This document shows, in pieces, positions 31,251-42,041 of a stretch of DNA of 64,000 nt. The notes under the pieces were generated by a model. That model did no database searches and was not told the origin of the DNA. It was given only the letters and a program-made list of their open reading frames with translations. The position numbers and the translations under genes were made by a program. Location: positions 27,848 through 91,847 of the forward strand of contig CAIQDI010000004.1 of NCBI GenBank assembly GCA_903870545.1, read 5' to 3'. The DNA is from an uncultured Pseudomonadota bacterium. GTDB taxonomy: Bacteria; Pseudomonadota; Gammaproteobacteria; Methylococcales; Methylomonadaceae. Positions within the stretch are counted from its first letter, which is position 1. Every line of letters begins with the position of its first letter.

Positions 31251-32705
31251 TTACAACAAAACAACGTCGTATTGCTCCTGATTGTAGCCAGCTTCGGAAC
31301 GAAATTTAATTTGCACGTTCAAAAAGGTTTCTAAATCCGACAACATATCGGCTTTTTCATCGAGCAACATTTCCACCACTTCGTTTGAGGCTAACACTAA
31401 CATTTGTTGAACTTTGTATTGTCGAACTTCGCGGATAATTTCCCGAAAAATTTCCAAACAAATCGATTCCGCTGTTTTCATTACGCCCCGTCCGCCGCAC
31501 ACGCAACACGGTTCGCATAAAATATGCTCCAAACTTTCGCGGGTGCGTTTGCGGGTCATTTCGACCAATCCTAAAATCGATACTTCCGAAATTTTGGTTT
31601 TGGCACGGTCTTTTTCTAAATGCCGTTCAAACGCTTGTAACACTTGCTGCTTGTGTTCTGCGCCTTTCATGTCGATGAAATCGACGATGATAATGCCGCC
31701 TAAATTTCGCAAACGCAGTTGTCGCGCAATCGCTTGAGCGGCTTCCAAATTGGTTTTAAAAATCGTTTCTTCTAAATTTCGTCCGCCCACATAACCGCCA
31801 GTATTTACGTCAACGGTGGTCATCGATTCGGTTTGATCAAACACCAAATGTCCGCCAGATTTGAGATTTACTTTTCGTGCCAAGGCTTTTTCAAGTTCAT
31901 CTTCAACGCTGTAAATATCAAAAACAGGGCATTCGCCGTTGTAATGTTCAATTACGGGAATAATTTCTGGCGCGAAAACTTCAGCAAATTCGACCAGCCG
32001 AATATACGTTTCTTTGGAATCTACCCGAATGCGTTCAATGCCTTCGCGGTACAAATCCCGCAATGTGCGAACACTCAATGGCAAATCTTTATGAATAAAT
32101 TGTTTGGGCGCGGCGGTGGCGATTTTCGCATTGATAGATTCCCAAAGTTTCAACAAAAATTCCATATCCGCCCGCAACACCGATTCCTCAATGCCTTCTG
32201 CTGCCGTGCGAGCAATGAATCCGCCACATTCGTTTTCTTTTTTAAATTGATCCAAACAAATTTTTAAACGAGTGCGTTCTTCGGCACATTCGATACGCTG
32301 CGAAACGCCGGTGTTACTCGAATACGGCATATAAACTTGAAAGCGTGACGGAATCGAAATGTCGGTGGTTAAACGTGCGCCTTTGCTACCGAGCGGATCT
32401 TTAAACACTTGCACGATAATGCGTTGCCCTTCGCGCAAATAATGTTCGATGTTCGCCGAACCTTTTTTTTCTAATTCGCTAGAACATAAATCCGACAAAT
32501 GTAAAAAGGCGGAACGTGATAAACCAATATCCACAAACGCCGCCTGCATGCCGGGTAACACGCGACACACTTCGCCTTTGTAAATGTTGCCGACTAACCC
32601 GATTTTACAACTTCGCTCAATAATCAATTCTTGTAACACGCCATTTTCAATCACCGCGACGCGCGTTTCGGGTGGGGTGACGTTAATTAAAATCTCTTCG
32701 CTCAT
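31251..32705 (-). CDS. rng: Ribonuclease G
   Basis: 484-aa ORF with an N-terminal S1 domain (GNIYKGEVCRVLPGMQAAFVDIG) and the RNase E/G catalytic core (TTVDVNTGGYVG, GGIIIVDFIDM). Confidence 0.92.
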   Translation of the reverse strand: MSEEILINVTPPETRVAVIENGVLQELIIERSCKIGLVGNIYKGEVCRVLPGMQAAFVDIGLSRSAFLHLSDLCSSELEKKGSANIEHYLREGQRIIVQVFKDPLGSKGARLTTDISIPSRFQVYMPYSSNTGVSQRIECAEERTRLKICLDQFKKENECGGFIARTAAEGIEESVLRADMEFLLKLWESINAKIATAAPKQFIHKDLPLSVRTLRDLYREGIERIRVDSKETYIRLVEFAEVFAPEIIPVIEHYNGECPVFDIYSVEDELEKALARKVNLKSGGHLVFDQTESMTTVDVNTGGYVGGRNLEETIFKTNLEAAQAIARQLRLRNLGGIIIVDFIDMKGAEHKQQVLQAFERHLEKDRAKTKISEVSILGLVEMTRKRTRESLEHILCEPCCVCGGRGVMKTAESICLEIFREIIREVRQYKVQQMLVLASNEVVEMLLDEKADMLSDLETFLNVQIKFRSEAGYNQEQYDVVLL

Positions 32706-33274
32706 GTTAATAACTCAATGCCTTCGCGGGCTAATAATTGTGCAGTTTCAAACAACGGCAAACCCATTACGCCAGAAAAACTGCCGTTAATATGTTCGAT
32801 AAATAAACTGCCCTGCCCTTGAATGGCGTAACTTCCGGCTTTATCTAGCGGTTCACCGCTGCGCCAATACGCGCGGAGTTCTGTTTCGGATAAATTTTTA
32901 AAAGTCACGTCGGTGATGCTAATTGCCGCGTGATTGTCGCGCCCGACTAATGCAATCGCGGTAAATACTTGATGCGTTCTGCCGGAAAGCAAGCGCAGCA
33001 TGGTCAGAGCGTCATTTTCATTCGTGGGTTTTCCCATAATTTTATCGCCCAAAACGACGGCGGTATCTGCGGCAAGAACGGGGATTTTTGGATTAAATTT
33101 TTGCACGCACGCGGCGGCTTTTTCGGTGGCCAAACGCTGAACGTAATTTGTCGGTGCTTCGTTAAAAAAGGGCGTTTCATCTATTTCAACAGTTTGAACA
33201 AAATGCCGGACGTTTATTTGATTAAGCAGTTCGTGCCGGCGCGGCGAGGCTGAAGCGAGAATAATTTGCGGCAT
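32702..33274 (-). CDS. maf: Maf-like nucleoside triphosphate pyrophosphatase
   Basis: 190-aa ORF with ILASASPRRHELL and DKAGSYAIQG. It has a 4-nt overlap with rng, as in the conserved maf-rng pair. Confidence 0.9.
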   Translation of the reverse strand: MPQIILASASPRRHELLNQINVRHFVQTVEIDETPFFNEAPTNYVQRLATEKAAACVQKFNPKIPVLAADTAVVLGDKIMGKPTNENDALTMLRLLSGRTHQVFTAIALVGRDNHAAISITDVTFKNLSETELRAYWRSGEPLDKAGSYAIQGQGSLFIEHINGSFSGVMGLPLFETAQLLAREGIELLT

Positions 33275-33489
33275 AAAATATCGGAGTTAAAGTTAAGTTA
33301 CCCCGTATTTTAGTTGAATTTTTTCAGAATTCATAAAGGCATTTAAAGTAAATTGTTCGTTTTTTGAGTTAAATTTTTATTTATGATTTTGACATCGTAC
33401 CTAAATTTATGATAAAAATACGCCGTCGTTTAGGACGACCTCTTCGAAGAAAGAGACAAAAAATTATAATAACTATTGAGGATTTAACA

Positions 33490-33678
33490 ATGTCAGATGC
33501 ACAAGAAAAAGATTATTTTTGGTTCTGGATTGGCGGTTTGATTGCTGCAACGATTGTTTTAGTTTTAATGCTGAAATCTGATGAAACTAAACATTTGCAA
33601 AGTGGCGCGGTAGCGCAAAGCCAAGCGGAAGTGTTCCAAAAAATTGAAAACAAACATTCTAACAACAGAACCCAATAA
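33490..33678 (+). CDS. Small hypothetical membrane protein (62 aa)
   Basis: ATG at 33490 is preceded by GAGGA. The product has one TM helix (FWFWIGGLIAATIVLVLML). The longer track ORF from 33409 lacks an RBS. Confidence 0.35.
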   Translation: MSDAQEKDYFWFWIGGLIAATIVLVLMLKSDETKHLQSGAVAQSQAEVFQKIENKHSNNRTQ

Positions 33679-33708
33679 TTTTTAGCTAAAGATTATCCTG
33701 TTGTAATT

Positions 33709-33743
33709 TAGCCTGACTTTTGACAAGCTCAAAAGTCGGGCTA
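33709..33743 (+). terminator. Hairpin after the small membrane ORF
   Basis: TAGCCTGACTTTT-N9-AAAAGTCGGGCTA forms a 13-bp stem with one G-U pair. The following tract is only weakly T-rich. Confidence 0.35.
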
Positions 33744-33759
33744 AGTTGTTTCTGGGGCT

Positions 33760-34800
33760 TTAGTTTTTCAATTCCAATTGCGCTAATCGTGCTTCTAATT
33801 GCCTAATCGTTTTCACTAATTCCGGCAATTGGCTTAACGCCACTTGTTCACGATACGCCACCCGCTTTTCTTTTGCGGGACTGCCAAAAACCTGCGTTTT
33901 CGGTGCCACGTCATTTGCCACACCTGCTCGCGCCATCACTACCGCCCCCTGCCCAATTTTGACATGATCCGCAATACCCGCGCTGCCTGCCAAAATCGCG
34001 TAATTTTCAATCGTACACGATCCCGAAATTCCAGTTTGTCCACAGACAATAACGTGCTGCCCAATTTTATTGTTGTGTCCAATCTGAACTAAATTATCGA
34101 TTTTACTGCCCGTGCCAATTTCCGTACTGCCCAACGCGCCGCGATCAACGCAAGTATTCGCACCAATTTCGACGTTGTCACCAATCACCACATTCCCAAT
34201 TTGCGGCACTTTAATGTGTTGTCCGTCGCGGAATTTATAACCAAAACCATCTGCGCCAATAATCGCACCCGAATGAATCATCACGTTGTCGCCAATTTCC
34301 ACGCCGTCATAAATCACCGCGTAAGGATAAATGCGCGTATTTTTGCCAATTTTAACGTTCTGCCCCAAATAAACGCCCGCCAAAATCTCACTATTTTCGC
34401 CAATTTCTACGCCGTCATTTAGCACCGCAAATGCCCCAACGTGGCAATTTTCATGCAGTGTCACACTTTCTGCAATCACCGCTTGCGGCGAAATCGTCGC
34501 GGCATAATTGATAGGCGGATGCAACAATTTCACCGCGTTGACAAATGCCATTTCTGGATCCGCACAACGCAGTAAAACTAACGATTCGGGGACGTTTTGC
34601 GCGTCAAAATCCATCGCCACGAAACACGCGGAAGCCTGCGATGTTTGCAAATAATGGCGATAACGCGCCTGCGTCAATTGCGTCACTTGTCCAATTTGCG
34701 CGGCGGTAATATCGTTTGTCGCTGTAATGATTTGCGCGGCATTATCGCCTTCCATTATCGCGCCACAGGCAGTCGCTAATTCGTGAATTTTCAGAGCCAT
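33760..34800 (-). CDS. lpxD: UDP-3-O-acylglucosamine N-acyltransferase LpxD
   Basis: 346-aa ORF with an N-terminal uridine-binding domain, long hexapeptide-repeat beta-helix and a C-terminal helix. Confidence 0.92.
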   Translation of the reverse strand: MALKIHELATACGAIMEGDNAAQIITATNDITAAQIGQVTQLTQARYRHYLQTSQASACFVAMDFDAQNVPESLVLLRCADPEMAFVNAVKLLHPPINYAATISPQAVIAESVTLHENCHVGAFAVLNDGVEIGENSEILAGVYLGQNVKIGKNTRIYPYAVIYDGVEIGDNVMIHSGAIIGADGFGYKFRDGQHIKVPQIGNVVIGDNVEIGANTCVDRGALGSTEIGTGSKIDNLVQIGHNNKIGQHVIVCGQTGISGSCTIENYAILAGSAGIADHVKIGQGAVVMARAGVANDVAPKTQVFGSPAKEKRVAYREQVALSQLPELVKTIRQLEARLAQLELKN

Positions 34801-34827
34801 ATTGGTTTCCTGTTAGTTTGAATTGAA

Positions 34828-35319
34828 TTAAATTACGTTATCTGCGTGCCAGTGTCCGGATTGTCCACCCGATTTTTCAAGCAAGCGCACGCCGTCAATC
34901 ACCATGCCGCGATCCACCGCTTTACACATATCGTAAATGGTCAGCAGCGTGATTTGTGTCGCAGTTAAGGCTTCCATTTCGACCCCGGTTTGACCGTGTG
35001 TTTTTGCTGTCGTTTGGCAACGAATGCGTTGATTTTCGAGTTCAGGTGTGAGAGTTATTTCAACGTGCGTCAGCGGCAACGGATGACACAACGGAATCAA
35101 ATCAGCGGTGCGTTTGCTCGCCATAATGCCTGCAATTCGCGCAATGCCGAGGACATCCCCTTTTTTGTGTTCGCCGGTGAGAATTAACGCCAGCGTTGCC
35201 GGTTGCAAATGAATAAATCCTTCGGTAATCGCCACGCGATAGGTAAAATTTTTGTTGCCCACATTCACCATGTGCGCGTCACCGGCGGCGTTGAAATGCG
35301 TGAGTAATTTTTTTGTCAT
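34828..35319 (-). CDS. moaC: Cyclic pyranopterin monophosphate synthase MoaC
   Basis: 163-aa ORF with [29 protein letters not shown] and YDMCKAVD. Confidence 0.93.
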   Translation of the reverse strand: MTKKLLTHFNAAGDAHMVNVGNKNFTYRVAITEGFIHLQPATLALILTGEHKKGDVLGIARIAGIMASKRTADLIPLCHPLPLTHVEITLTPELENQRIRCQTTAKTHGQTGVEMEALTATQITLLTIYDMCKAVDRGMVIDGVRLLEKSGGQSGHWHADNVI

Positions 35320-35377
35320 GTTTTTTAAATTTGAAATTTAAGTGGGGGAATTGAAAAATTAGAGGAATGTTTTTGAT

Positions 35378-35824
35378 TTAACGATGCGCTAAAAAATTGT
35401 CTAATTGATTAGCAAACGCTTGAACATCTTGTGAATTTTGTGGCGCAACACCGCCAGTGTGAATCCCGCTGCTGCGTAAATTGTCCATAAAATCACGCAT
35501 ATTTAAACGCTCTTTGATATTTTCCAGCGTGTAAAGTTCGCCGCGTGGATTGATGGCGTGACCACCTTTTTCAATCACATCATTCGCCAACGGAATATCG
35601 CCCGTAATCACCAAATCCCCGCGACTTAATCGCTTCACGATTTCATTGTCCGCCACGTCGTAGCCCGATTGCACTCGCAACATTTTGATAAACCGTGACG
35701 GCGGCATTGCCAGTGTTTGATTCGCCACCAACGTCGTTAGAATTTCGGTTCGATTTGCCACACGAAACAAAATATCTTTAATCGCTTTCGGACACCCGTC
35801 CGCATCGACCCATATTTGCATCAT
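35378..35824 (-). CDS. yaiI: YaiI/YqxD family protein (UPF0178/DUF188)
   Basis: 148-aa ORF starting [23 protein letters not shown], with VITGDIPLA. Confidence 0.85.
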   Translation of the reverse strand: MMQIWVDADGCPKAIKDILFRVANRTEILTTLVANQTLAMPPSRFIKMLRVQSGYDVADNEIVKRLSRGDLVITGDIPLANDVIEKGGHAINPRGELYTLENIKERLNMRDFMDNLRSSGIHTGGVAPQNSQDVQAFANQLDNFLAHR

Positions 35825-36430
35825 TTACGCCTTTTGTTCAATCATAGCGGCGAGAATGCCTAAAATTTTTGCGGTGTTATCGATGTGATATTCCTTTGAA
35901 TCAATCGACACGGTGCGGGTTTGCAACTTTAAAAACTTCCACGCATTACCCGTCGTCACAATGCCGTAAATCGTCGAAATCGATTGTTTTTCTTCTGCGT
36001 TAAATTGTTGGGCGGCAATCATTTCAGCAATACATTGTCCTAAACCGCTGATGATATTTTCGTTTTTTGCTTCCACGACAGCAATAATCGGCGCGGTAAT
36101 AAACAACTGTTCAGGCGACGATGAAATAATAAAATCACAAAAACCATTTAGATTTTTTTCACTATCCACATCAAATTTCACCCCCGAAAACAAACTGATT
36201 TTGTGGTGATATTTTTTTCGCAGCTCAATAAACAGATTGATAATAATCAGTTCAGAACGCGCTTTTTCTGTGCTAATCGACAACGCTAACGGCACGTTTT
36301 CATTGAGTGTTTCGATTAAAAAATCACTCGGTGACACGCTAGGAATGTCAGCAAATAAATTTTTATCTTCCGACAACGTCAACTGAAATTCTTGCACCAC
36401 TTTTTTTAAGGTGAAATCACTGTAAGCCAT
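35825..36430 (-). CDS. Hypothetical protein with PD-(D/E)xK-like core (HsdR-N-terminal-like)
   Basis: FCDFIISS ... APIIAVVEAKNENIISGLGQCIAEM fits the D ... (E/D)xK ... Q nuclease-fold pattern. ATG at 36430 (AGGA RBS) lies just after the terD terminator, and the track start at 36469 lies inside that hairpin. Confidence 0.5.
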   Translation of the reverse strand: MAYSDFTLKKVVQEFQLTLSEDKNLFADIPSVSPSDFLIETLNENVPLALSISTEKARSELIIINLFIELRKKYHHKISLFSGVKFDVDSEKNLNGFCDFIISSSPEQLFITAPIIAVVEAKNENIISGLGQCIAEMIAAQQFNAEEKQSISTIYGIVTTGNAWKFLKLQTRTVSIDSKEYHIDNTAKILGILAAMIEQKA

Positions 36431-36444
36431 TTTCCCATCCTTTG

Positions 36445-36476
36445 AAAAAAGGCGGATTTGAATGACCAAATCCGCC
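36445..36476 (-). terminator. terD terminator
   Basis: On the minus strand, GGCGGAUUU-N8-AAAUCCGCC is followed by UUUUUU, 12 nt after the terD stop. Confidence 0.65.
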
Positions 36477-36487
36477 TCAAAAGCCGT

Positions 36488-37063
36488 TTAAATATGGATG
36501 CCAAAGCCACGCGCTAACGGAGCTAATCCGCCCGCGTAACCTTGTCCAACCGCTTTAAATTTCCATTCACCATTGTGGCGATAAATTTCACCAAAAATCA
36601 TCGCCGTTTCAACCGACGCATCTTCGCTCAAATCATAACGAGCAATTTCCGCTCCCGAATCTTTGTTCACCACGCGAATAAACGCATTCGACACTTGTCC
36701 AAAATTCTGTTTACGCGCTTCAGCATCGTTAATCGTCACCGCAAAAACCACCCGTTCAACATCAGCGGGAATTTGGTTCAATTGTAAAACCAACGATTCA
36801 TCATCGCCGTCGCCTTTACCGGTTAAATTATCGCCCAAATGTTCAACAGAACCACAGCTTGAACGCAGTTGATTGTAGAAAATAAAATCGGCATCGGAGC
36901 GCGTTTTGCCGTCGTTGTTCAACATAAACGCGCTGGCATCCAAATCGAAATCTTGACCGTCAGTCGGTCTCGCATCCCAACCTAAACCAATCAACATATT
37001 TTGCAAAGATGGATCGGTTTTTGACAAACTGAGGTTGCCGCCTTTGTTCAGAGAAATAGCCAT
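36488..37063 (-). CDS. terD: TerD-family stress/tellurium-resistance protein
   Basis: ATG at 37063 is preceded by AGGAG. The product begins [15 protein letters not shown] and contains [27 protein letters not shown] and FKAVGQGY. Confidence 0.9.
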   Translation of the reverse strand: MAISLNKGGNLSLSKTDPSLQNMLIGLGWDARPTDGQDFDLDASAFMLNNDGKTRSDADFIFYNQLRSSCGSVEHLGDNLTGKGDGDDESLVLQLNQIPADVERVVFAVTINDAEARKQNFGQVSNAFIRVVNKDSGAEIARYDLSEDASVETAMIFGEIYRHNGEWKFKAVGQGYAGGLAPLARGFGIHI

Positions 37064-37162
37064 GTTAACTCCTTGGGTTAATGTAAAATTTGAATGATTT
37101 TGATTTTTGCCACACACCAAAACCGTTTTTATTATCGTTGAGTTTGAAACGGGCGGCTAGTT

Positions 37163-38389
37163 TTAATCAATGGTTTCTGTCCATTCGCAACGGTCGTGAA
37201 TGAGTTTTGACGTTTGCGCGGTGCCAATGCCTTTCGCAATCAGCGCAATGACGCGGTCGTCGGTATCGTAACCAATGTGCGCTTGCATCGGATTGGCAAT
37301 TTTGCCAAAGCCAAACGCATCAAACACATTCGCAATGTTGATGTTGATATTGGTCACATCAAGGCATAAACGCGAATCCAAATACGTTTCGACAAACCCC
37401 GGTGGAATCGCATAACTGAGTAAATCGTTTGGATCACTGAACGCAATAATCGGTGTTTTTGCCAATAATCGTTCGCCGTATTTTTCACCTTTCGCGTCGC
37501 AATATAACGCTTTTTGATTACTGACTTCGGGCAACGCGCGACCAAGTTGCAACATTGGCAATTGATTCGACATCATGAAAATGGGAATTTCTTTTTGTTG
37601 CAACGCGGCACGAAAATCGGCATCTCTATCTTTCGCAATCGAGGCGAGTCGCTGCATGCCGTCAATGGTTATGCGACTGCCCAAACTGTGTGACACCACC
37701 GCGTAATTGTCCGCCAAAATATTTTTAACCGCTTCATCGTCATTGAATGAACACGGCGGCGTGATTCCGGTCGGCAAATCCTGCCAGCTACTTTTCGTCA
37801 TCCAACAAAAGGCTTGCGAAAAGGACAATAAAATATCATCTCGACTGTCGCCCAAATAAATAATCGGATCGGGCGCGGTGTCGTTGGAAAACTTTTTCAT
37901 TAAATTATTTGCTTCCGCCCGCCGAAACGCATATTCGCCCGAATTATCGTACGACAGAATTTCTTTTTGTTTCGCGGTAATCGGCGACCAGGTTAATTCG
38001 TAAAACAATAATTCTTGCTGCCGATTTTTACTCAGCAACCGACTAATTCGCAAATTACCCAACTTTTTTTCCGTGTCGCGGCGACTGGTCAGCGCAATAT
38101 CTTTGTATTGCGATGCCCGAACGGGCAGATTTAATTCACGCGCTAATTTTTCGACAAACTGCGTCGAATAACCTGCTAAATGTGCGCCCACGCCGTGAAC
38201 CATCAACACTTTCATGCGCCCGTGCTGATTGTCTAAATGCGGCGCGAAACCGTCGAACGGCTTGCCCCAAATTTCGCACGCGCGAGTATCGACGGCATCT
38301 TGTTTTGCCATCACCGCTTCGGCGATTCCCTGCCCCAAACTCGCGCAACCCGTTAATGCTAACGCGCCCACTAAAACCAGTCGTTTCAT
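37163..38389 (-). CDS. Lipoprotein, putative alpha/beta-hydrolase (esterase/lipase-like)
   Basis: 408-aa ORF with the lipobox LALTGC and the nucleophile-elbow-like motif VVSHSLGSRI. Confidence 0.5.
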   Translation of the reverse strand: MKRLVLVGALALTGCASLGQGIAEAVMAKQDAVDTRACEIWGKPFDGFAPHLDNQHGRMKVLMVHGVGAHLAGYSTQFVEKLARELNLPVRASQYKDIALTSRRDTEKKLGNLRISRLLSKNRQQELLFYELTWSPITAKQKEILSYDNSGEYAFRRAEANNLMKKFSNDTAPDPIIYLGDSRDDILLSFSQAFCWMTKSSWQDLPTGITPPCSFNDDEAVKNILADNYAVVSHSLGSRITIDGMQRLASIAKDRDADFRAALQQKEIPIFMMSNQLPMLQLGRALPEVSNQKALYCDAKGEKYGERLLAKTPIIAFSDPNDLLSYAIPPGFVETYLDSRLCLDVTNININIANVFDAFGFGKIANPMQAHIGYDTDDRVIALIAKGIGTAQTSKLIHDRCEWTETID

Positions 38390-39117
38390 TACGGTTTAAT
38401 CGCCGTCACCAACGCATTCACCGCGACTCGGTGCGTCAAATGAATGTCCACAAACCCCGCCGTTTGTAATTGTTCTAACGCGACCGTTTCACGCATCACA
38501 TAATTTTCAGATTCATCATTGAACAAATGAATAATCCAATGTTCGAGTAAATCCAATTTATTTTCAGCTATTAACACCCGAAAATAACCTGCCACTTCGT
38601 TTTGAATCGTGCGCGTGTGTTGCGAAATATCGTCGAGCGCGTAACGGTCGCCATTGATAAATTGCCCGCCCGATTTTAAAACACGAAACATTTCATTGAT
38701 AACTTCGGCACGGTAATTATTCGGGAAATTATGCAACGTGTACGCCGACGCAATCGCGTCCACGCTGGCATCGGGCAGATTTTTCAACGCCGTCAGCGCG
38801 TCATTTTGCGAAAATGTCAATTGTTCATTTTCAACCCAAGCGTTTAAACTTTTCTTCGCCTGATTTTGCATGACAGGTTCATTATCGACGCTCAAAATTT
38901 GCGTATTTTCACTGGCATTGAGTAACGCCAATGTGGTAATTCCAGTGCCGCCGCCCAATTCCACCACGGTTAATTTTTCAGATTTCGGTGCCGCGTAATC
39001 GTGCAAGGTTTCGCCCACCAAATGACTCATTTTGGTTGCAAACGGACAAATCAAATTGAGCATATCGTAATCTTCGCCGATGACACCTGAAAATAACGCT
39101 TCGTAGTTCGCGCTCAT
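38389..39117 (-). CDS. Class I SAM-dependent methyltransferase
   Basis: 242-aa ORF with motif I VVELGGGTGITT, plus post-I and motif II regions. Confidence 0.8.
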   Translation of the reverse strand: MSANYEALFSGVIGEDYDMLNLICPFATKMSHLVGETLHDYAAPKSEKLTVVELGGGTGITTLALLNASENTQILSVDNEPVMQNQAKKSLNAWVENEQLTFSQNDALTALKNLPDASVDAIASAYTLHNFPNNYRAEVINEMFRVLKSGGQFINGDRYALDDISQHTRTIQNEVAGYFRVLIAENKLDLLEHWIIHLFNDESENYVMRETVALEQLQTAGFVDIHLTHRVAVNALVTAIKP

Positions 39118-39120
39118 TTT

Positions 39121-39420
39121 TTATAACTCCGCTGGTTTTTTGGCTTGATAGGCGGCAAGTTGTTCGGGCGTGGCTTCGGTTTGAAATTTCTCTTTCCAGT
39201 CGCTGTAAGGCATGCCGTAAATGATTTCGCGGGCTTGTTCATAATTCAGTGTTACGCCGTGTTCTTCGCCAGCGGCGGCAAACCATTTCGCCAAACAATT
39301 TCGACAAAAATCTGCCGTAATCATCAGCTCGATATTTTGAACTTCGGTGTGTGTTTGTAAATGTGAAAGTAAGTGCCGAAATGCAGCGGCTTCTAATTCA
39401 GTTTGTTGTGTCGGTGTCAT
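39121..39420 (-). CDS. DUF1244 family protein
   Basis: From the ATG at 39420 the product is MTPTQQTELEAAAFRHLLSHLQTHTEVQNIELMITADFCRNCLAKWF, the DUF1244 signature as I recall it. Confidence 0.7.
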   Translation of the reverse strand: MTPTQQTELEAAAFRHLLSHLQTHTEVQNIELMITADFCRNCLAKWFAAAGEEHGVTLNYEQAREIIYGMPYSDWKEKFQTEATPEQLAAYQAKKPAEL

Positions 39421-39571
39421 GTTGTTTCCATTTGTAGTCAATTGAACGTTTCGCAGCATTTTAGCAGAATTATTCTGCCTATACATTGCGCCGCAAAGAT
39501 TTTACAATACCGCCCAAGTTGGGGTTTTGACCTTGACCGTTCACATTTTCCCTCATCACCTACCGCGCTAT

Positions 39572-40114
39572 TTCATGATTAAACAACTCGTTGAATTTTT
39601 CCCGATTTTACTTTTCTTTATTGCTTTTAAACTTTACGATATTTACGTCGCCACGGCGGTCGTGATTGTGGCGACAATTGTGCAAGTCGGTTATGCGTGG
39701 TTCAAAACCCGCAAAGTCGAAACGATGCAATGGATTACGCTGATTTTAGTGGTGGTGATGGGCGGATTAACGCTGATTCTGCACGACGAACAATTTGTAA
39801 AATGGAAATTGTCGATTATCGAATGGCTGTTCGGCGTGGCATTTTTGGGCAGTCAATTTATCGGCAAAAAACCATTTATTGAACGCATGATGTCGAGCCA
39901 ACTCACGTTGCCCGCGCCAATTTGGAAAGCGTTGAATCTGTGTTGGGCAGCATTTTTTATTGGCGTAGGCTGCTTGAATGTTTATGTGATGTTTCATTAC
40001 GACACCAACGATTGGGTGACGTTCAAAACGTTTGTCGTGCCAAGTATGATGGCGGTTTTTATCGCGCTACAAATGATTTTTCTTTATAAACATTTACCTG
40101 ATAGCGAGTCTTAA
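39572..40114 (+). CDS. yciB: Intracellular septation protein YciB/IspZ
   Basis: From the ATG at 39572 the product is MIKQLVEFFPILLFFIAFKLYDIYVAT, with five TM helices. The conserved yciB-yciI pair follows. Confidence 0.88.
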   Translation, partial: FMIKQLVEFFPILLFFIAFKLYDIYVATAVVIVATIVQVGYAWFKTRKVETMQWITLILVVVMGGLTLILHDEQFVKWKLSIIEWLFGVAFLGSQFIGKKPFIERMMSSQLTLPAPIWKALNLCWAAFFIGVGCLNVYVMFHYDTNDWVTFKTFVVPSMMAVFIALQMIFLYKHLPDSES

Positions 40115-40117
40115 ATT

Positions 40118-40420
40118 ATGCTTTACGCGATTATTAGCGAAGACGTTGCCGATAGTTTGTCAAAAAGACAATCTGCCCGCCCCGCCCATTTGGCACGATT
40201 GCAAGCCTTGCAAGATGCCGGACGTTTAATTCTCGCCGGGCCACATCCCGCCATTGATTCTGAAAATCCAGCGGAAGCAGGATTCACGGGGAGTTTAGTG
40301 GTGGCAGAATTCGCCTCGCTCGAAGACGCACAAAGTTGGGCAAATACCGATCCTTATTCTGACGCTGGCGTTTATGCTCGCGTTGTTGTTAAACCTTTTA
40401 AACGAGTTTTTCCTTTATGA
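40118..40420 (+). CDS. yciI: YciI family protein
   Basis: 100-aa ORF with RPAHLARL ... GPHPA ... DPY ... V.PF. Confidence 0.85.
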   Translation: MLYAIISEDVADSLSKRQSARPAHLARLQALQDAGRLILAGPHPAIDSENPAEAGFTGSLVVAEFASLEDAQSWANTDPYSDAGVYARVVVKPFKRVFPL

Positions 40421-40701
40421 AAGAAACCACAGATTTGATTCGCCACAACTTAACCACGGCGTTGAAACCGTCATTGTTAGAAATTATTGATAATAGCGCG
40501 GCACACGCGGGTCACGCCGGCGCAAAAAAAGGCGGCGGTCATTACAACATCACGATTGTCAGTGCTGAATTTGAAAAGAAAACACTCGTCCAACGCCATC
40601 AACTGATTTATGCCGCGTTGGGTGATATGATGAAACAGGAAATTCATGCGCTCGGCATTAACGCCCTCTCCCCTACTGAAGAAACCAAAGGAACCCAATA
40701 A
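40417..40701 (+). CDS. BolA family protein
   Basis: 94-aa ORF with [11 protein letters not shown] ... F ... VQRHQLIY ... IHAL. Confidence 0.8.
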   Translation: MKETTDLIRHNLTTALKPSLLEIIDNSAAHAGHAGAKKGGGHYNITIVSAEFEKKTLVQRHQLIYAALGDMMKQEIHALGINALSPTEETKGTQ

Positions 40702-41655
40702 ATGAAACTTAAATTACTCCCTACTTTGCTTGTCGCTGGTTTAGTTTTAACGGCATGTGATCAAAAACCGGCTGCCAATAACGCAGCGGCTACACCAACT
40801 GCGACACCGACTGCTGCCGCGCCAACCGTTAATAAAGCGGATGCCATTGCGGTAGTAAATGGTCAATATATTTCAAAAGCGGCATTGGAAGAATTAGAAA
40901 AAGAAATCGCGACGCGCAGTCACGGTCAAACTTTTCCTAAAGAAAAATTGGTTGAAGAATTGATTCAACGCGAATTGTTAATTCAAGATGCCACGCAAAA
41001 GAAATTGGATCAATCGCCTGAATTTGTGGCGCGTTTAACCGATGCTAAAAAAGCCTTGTTGTCACAAACGGATTTACAAAACTTTATCGCTGCCAATCCT
41101 GTCACCGATGCGGAAGTGAAAGCCGAATACGACACCAAAGTCGCCGCTGAAAAAGGCGTGGAATTTAAAGCGCGTCATATTTTGGTTAAAACGGAAGCAG
41201 AAGCGAAAAAAATTATTGCTGATTTAGACAAAGGCGGCGATTTTAAAAAATTGGCTGATAAATTGTCGTTGGATGGCAAAGAAGCGCAAAACGGTGGCGA
41301 TTTGGGTTGGTTCTTAGCGGCACAAATGGTTGCGCCTTTTTCAGATGCCGTCGCGGCATTGGAAAATGGCAAATACACCAAAACACCCGTGCAAACTCAA
41401 TTCGGCTTTCATGTGATTATGCGTGAAGAATCGCGTCCGCAAACGCCCCCAGCGTTGGATGCCGTGAAAGATCAATTAACGCCATTCTTACAACGTCAAA
41501 AAATTGAAACGATGTTGAAAGGTTTGCGTACCGCTGCAAAAGTTGAAGTTTTAATTCCGTTGACGGAAGCAAAACCAGTCGCTGCACCCGTACCCGCAAC
41601 GATTGAATCGGTCGAACCGACGGCAGCCGAACCTGCGGCTGAACCCACGAAATAA
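40702..41655 (+). CDS. Parvulin-type peptidyl-prolyl cis-trans isomerase lipoprotein
   Basis: 317-aa ORF with the lipobox LVLTAC and a PpiC domain (FKARHILVKTEAEA ... GGDLGWF ... FGFHVIM). Confidence 0.85.
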   Translation: MKLKLLPTLLVAGLVLTACDQKPAANNAAATPTATPTAAAPTVNKADAIAVVNGQYISKAALEELEKEIATRSHGQTFPKEKLVEELIQRELLIQDATQKKLDQSPEFVARLTDAKKALLSQTDLQNFIAANPVTDAEVKAEYDTKVAAEKGVEFKARHILVKTEAEAKKIIADLDKGGDFKKLADKLSLDGKEAQNGGDLGWFLAAQMVAPFSDAVAALENGKYTKTPVQTQFGFHVIMREESRPQTPPALDAVKDQLTPFLQRQKIETMLKGLRTAAKVEVLIPLTEAKPVAAPVPATIESVEPTAAEPAAEPTK

Positions 41656-41705
41656 TTTTTGGGGCGAGTTCACGACGCGGTTGTGAATTCGCCTAAACTT
41701 TCATT

Positions 41706-41963
41706 ATGTCTGAAGTTGCTTTTTATGTTTGTACGAATCGCCGTTTGTCTACCGTGAATCCATCGTGCGGAGCGCGGGGAAGCGAAGAATTATTGCAACA
41801 ACTCCAAATTGCGACACACGAATTGAATATCAGCGTCGAAGAAATTTGTTGTTTAGGGCATTGCGCGGACGGAATGGTGGTCAAAATTTCGCCCAGCGGC
41901 ACGTTTTATCATCATGTTACCGAGCTTGATATTCCAACGCTAATCGCTCGCTATACTTCCTAA
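41706..41963 (+). CDS. Thioredoxin-like [2Fe-2S] ferredoxin domain protein
   Basis: 85-aa ORF with the Cys pattern VCTN ... PSCGARG ... CCLGHCADG, typical of (2Fe-2S) ferredoxin-domain proteins. Confidence 0.6.
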   Translation: MSEVAFYVCTNRRLSTVNPSCGARGSEELLQQLQIATHELNISVEEICCLGHCADGMVVKISPSGTFYHHVTELDIPTLIARYTS

Positions 41964-42041
41964 TTAAAATCTTTTGCCAATCATTTTGTGCTTTAATTCA
42001 AAAAAACGCCGTTTTTATTTTCATCCTAAACCTTGAATTTT

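Noticed and set aside
36488-37063. A tellurite-resistance (ter) island
   Set aside because: Only a lone terD-family gene is present. No terZ, terA, terB, terC or terE neighbours are found.
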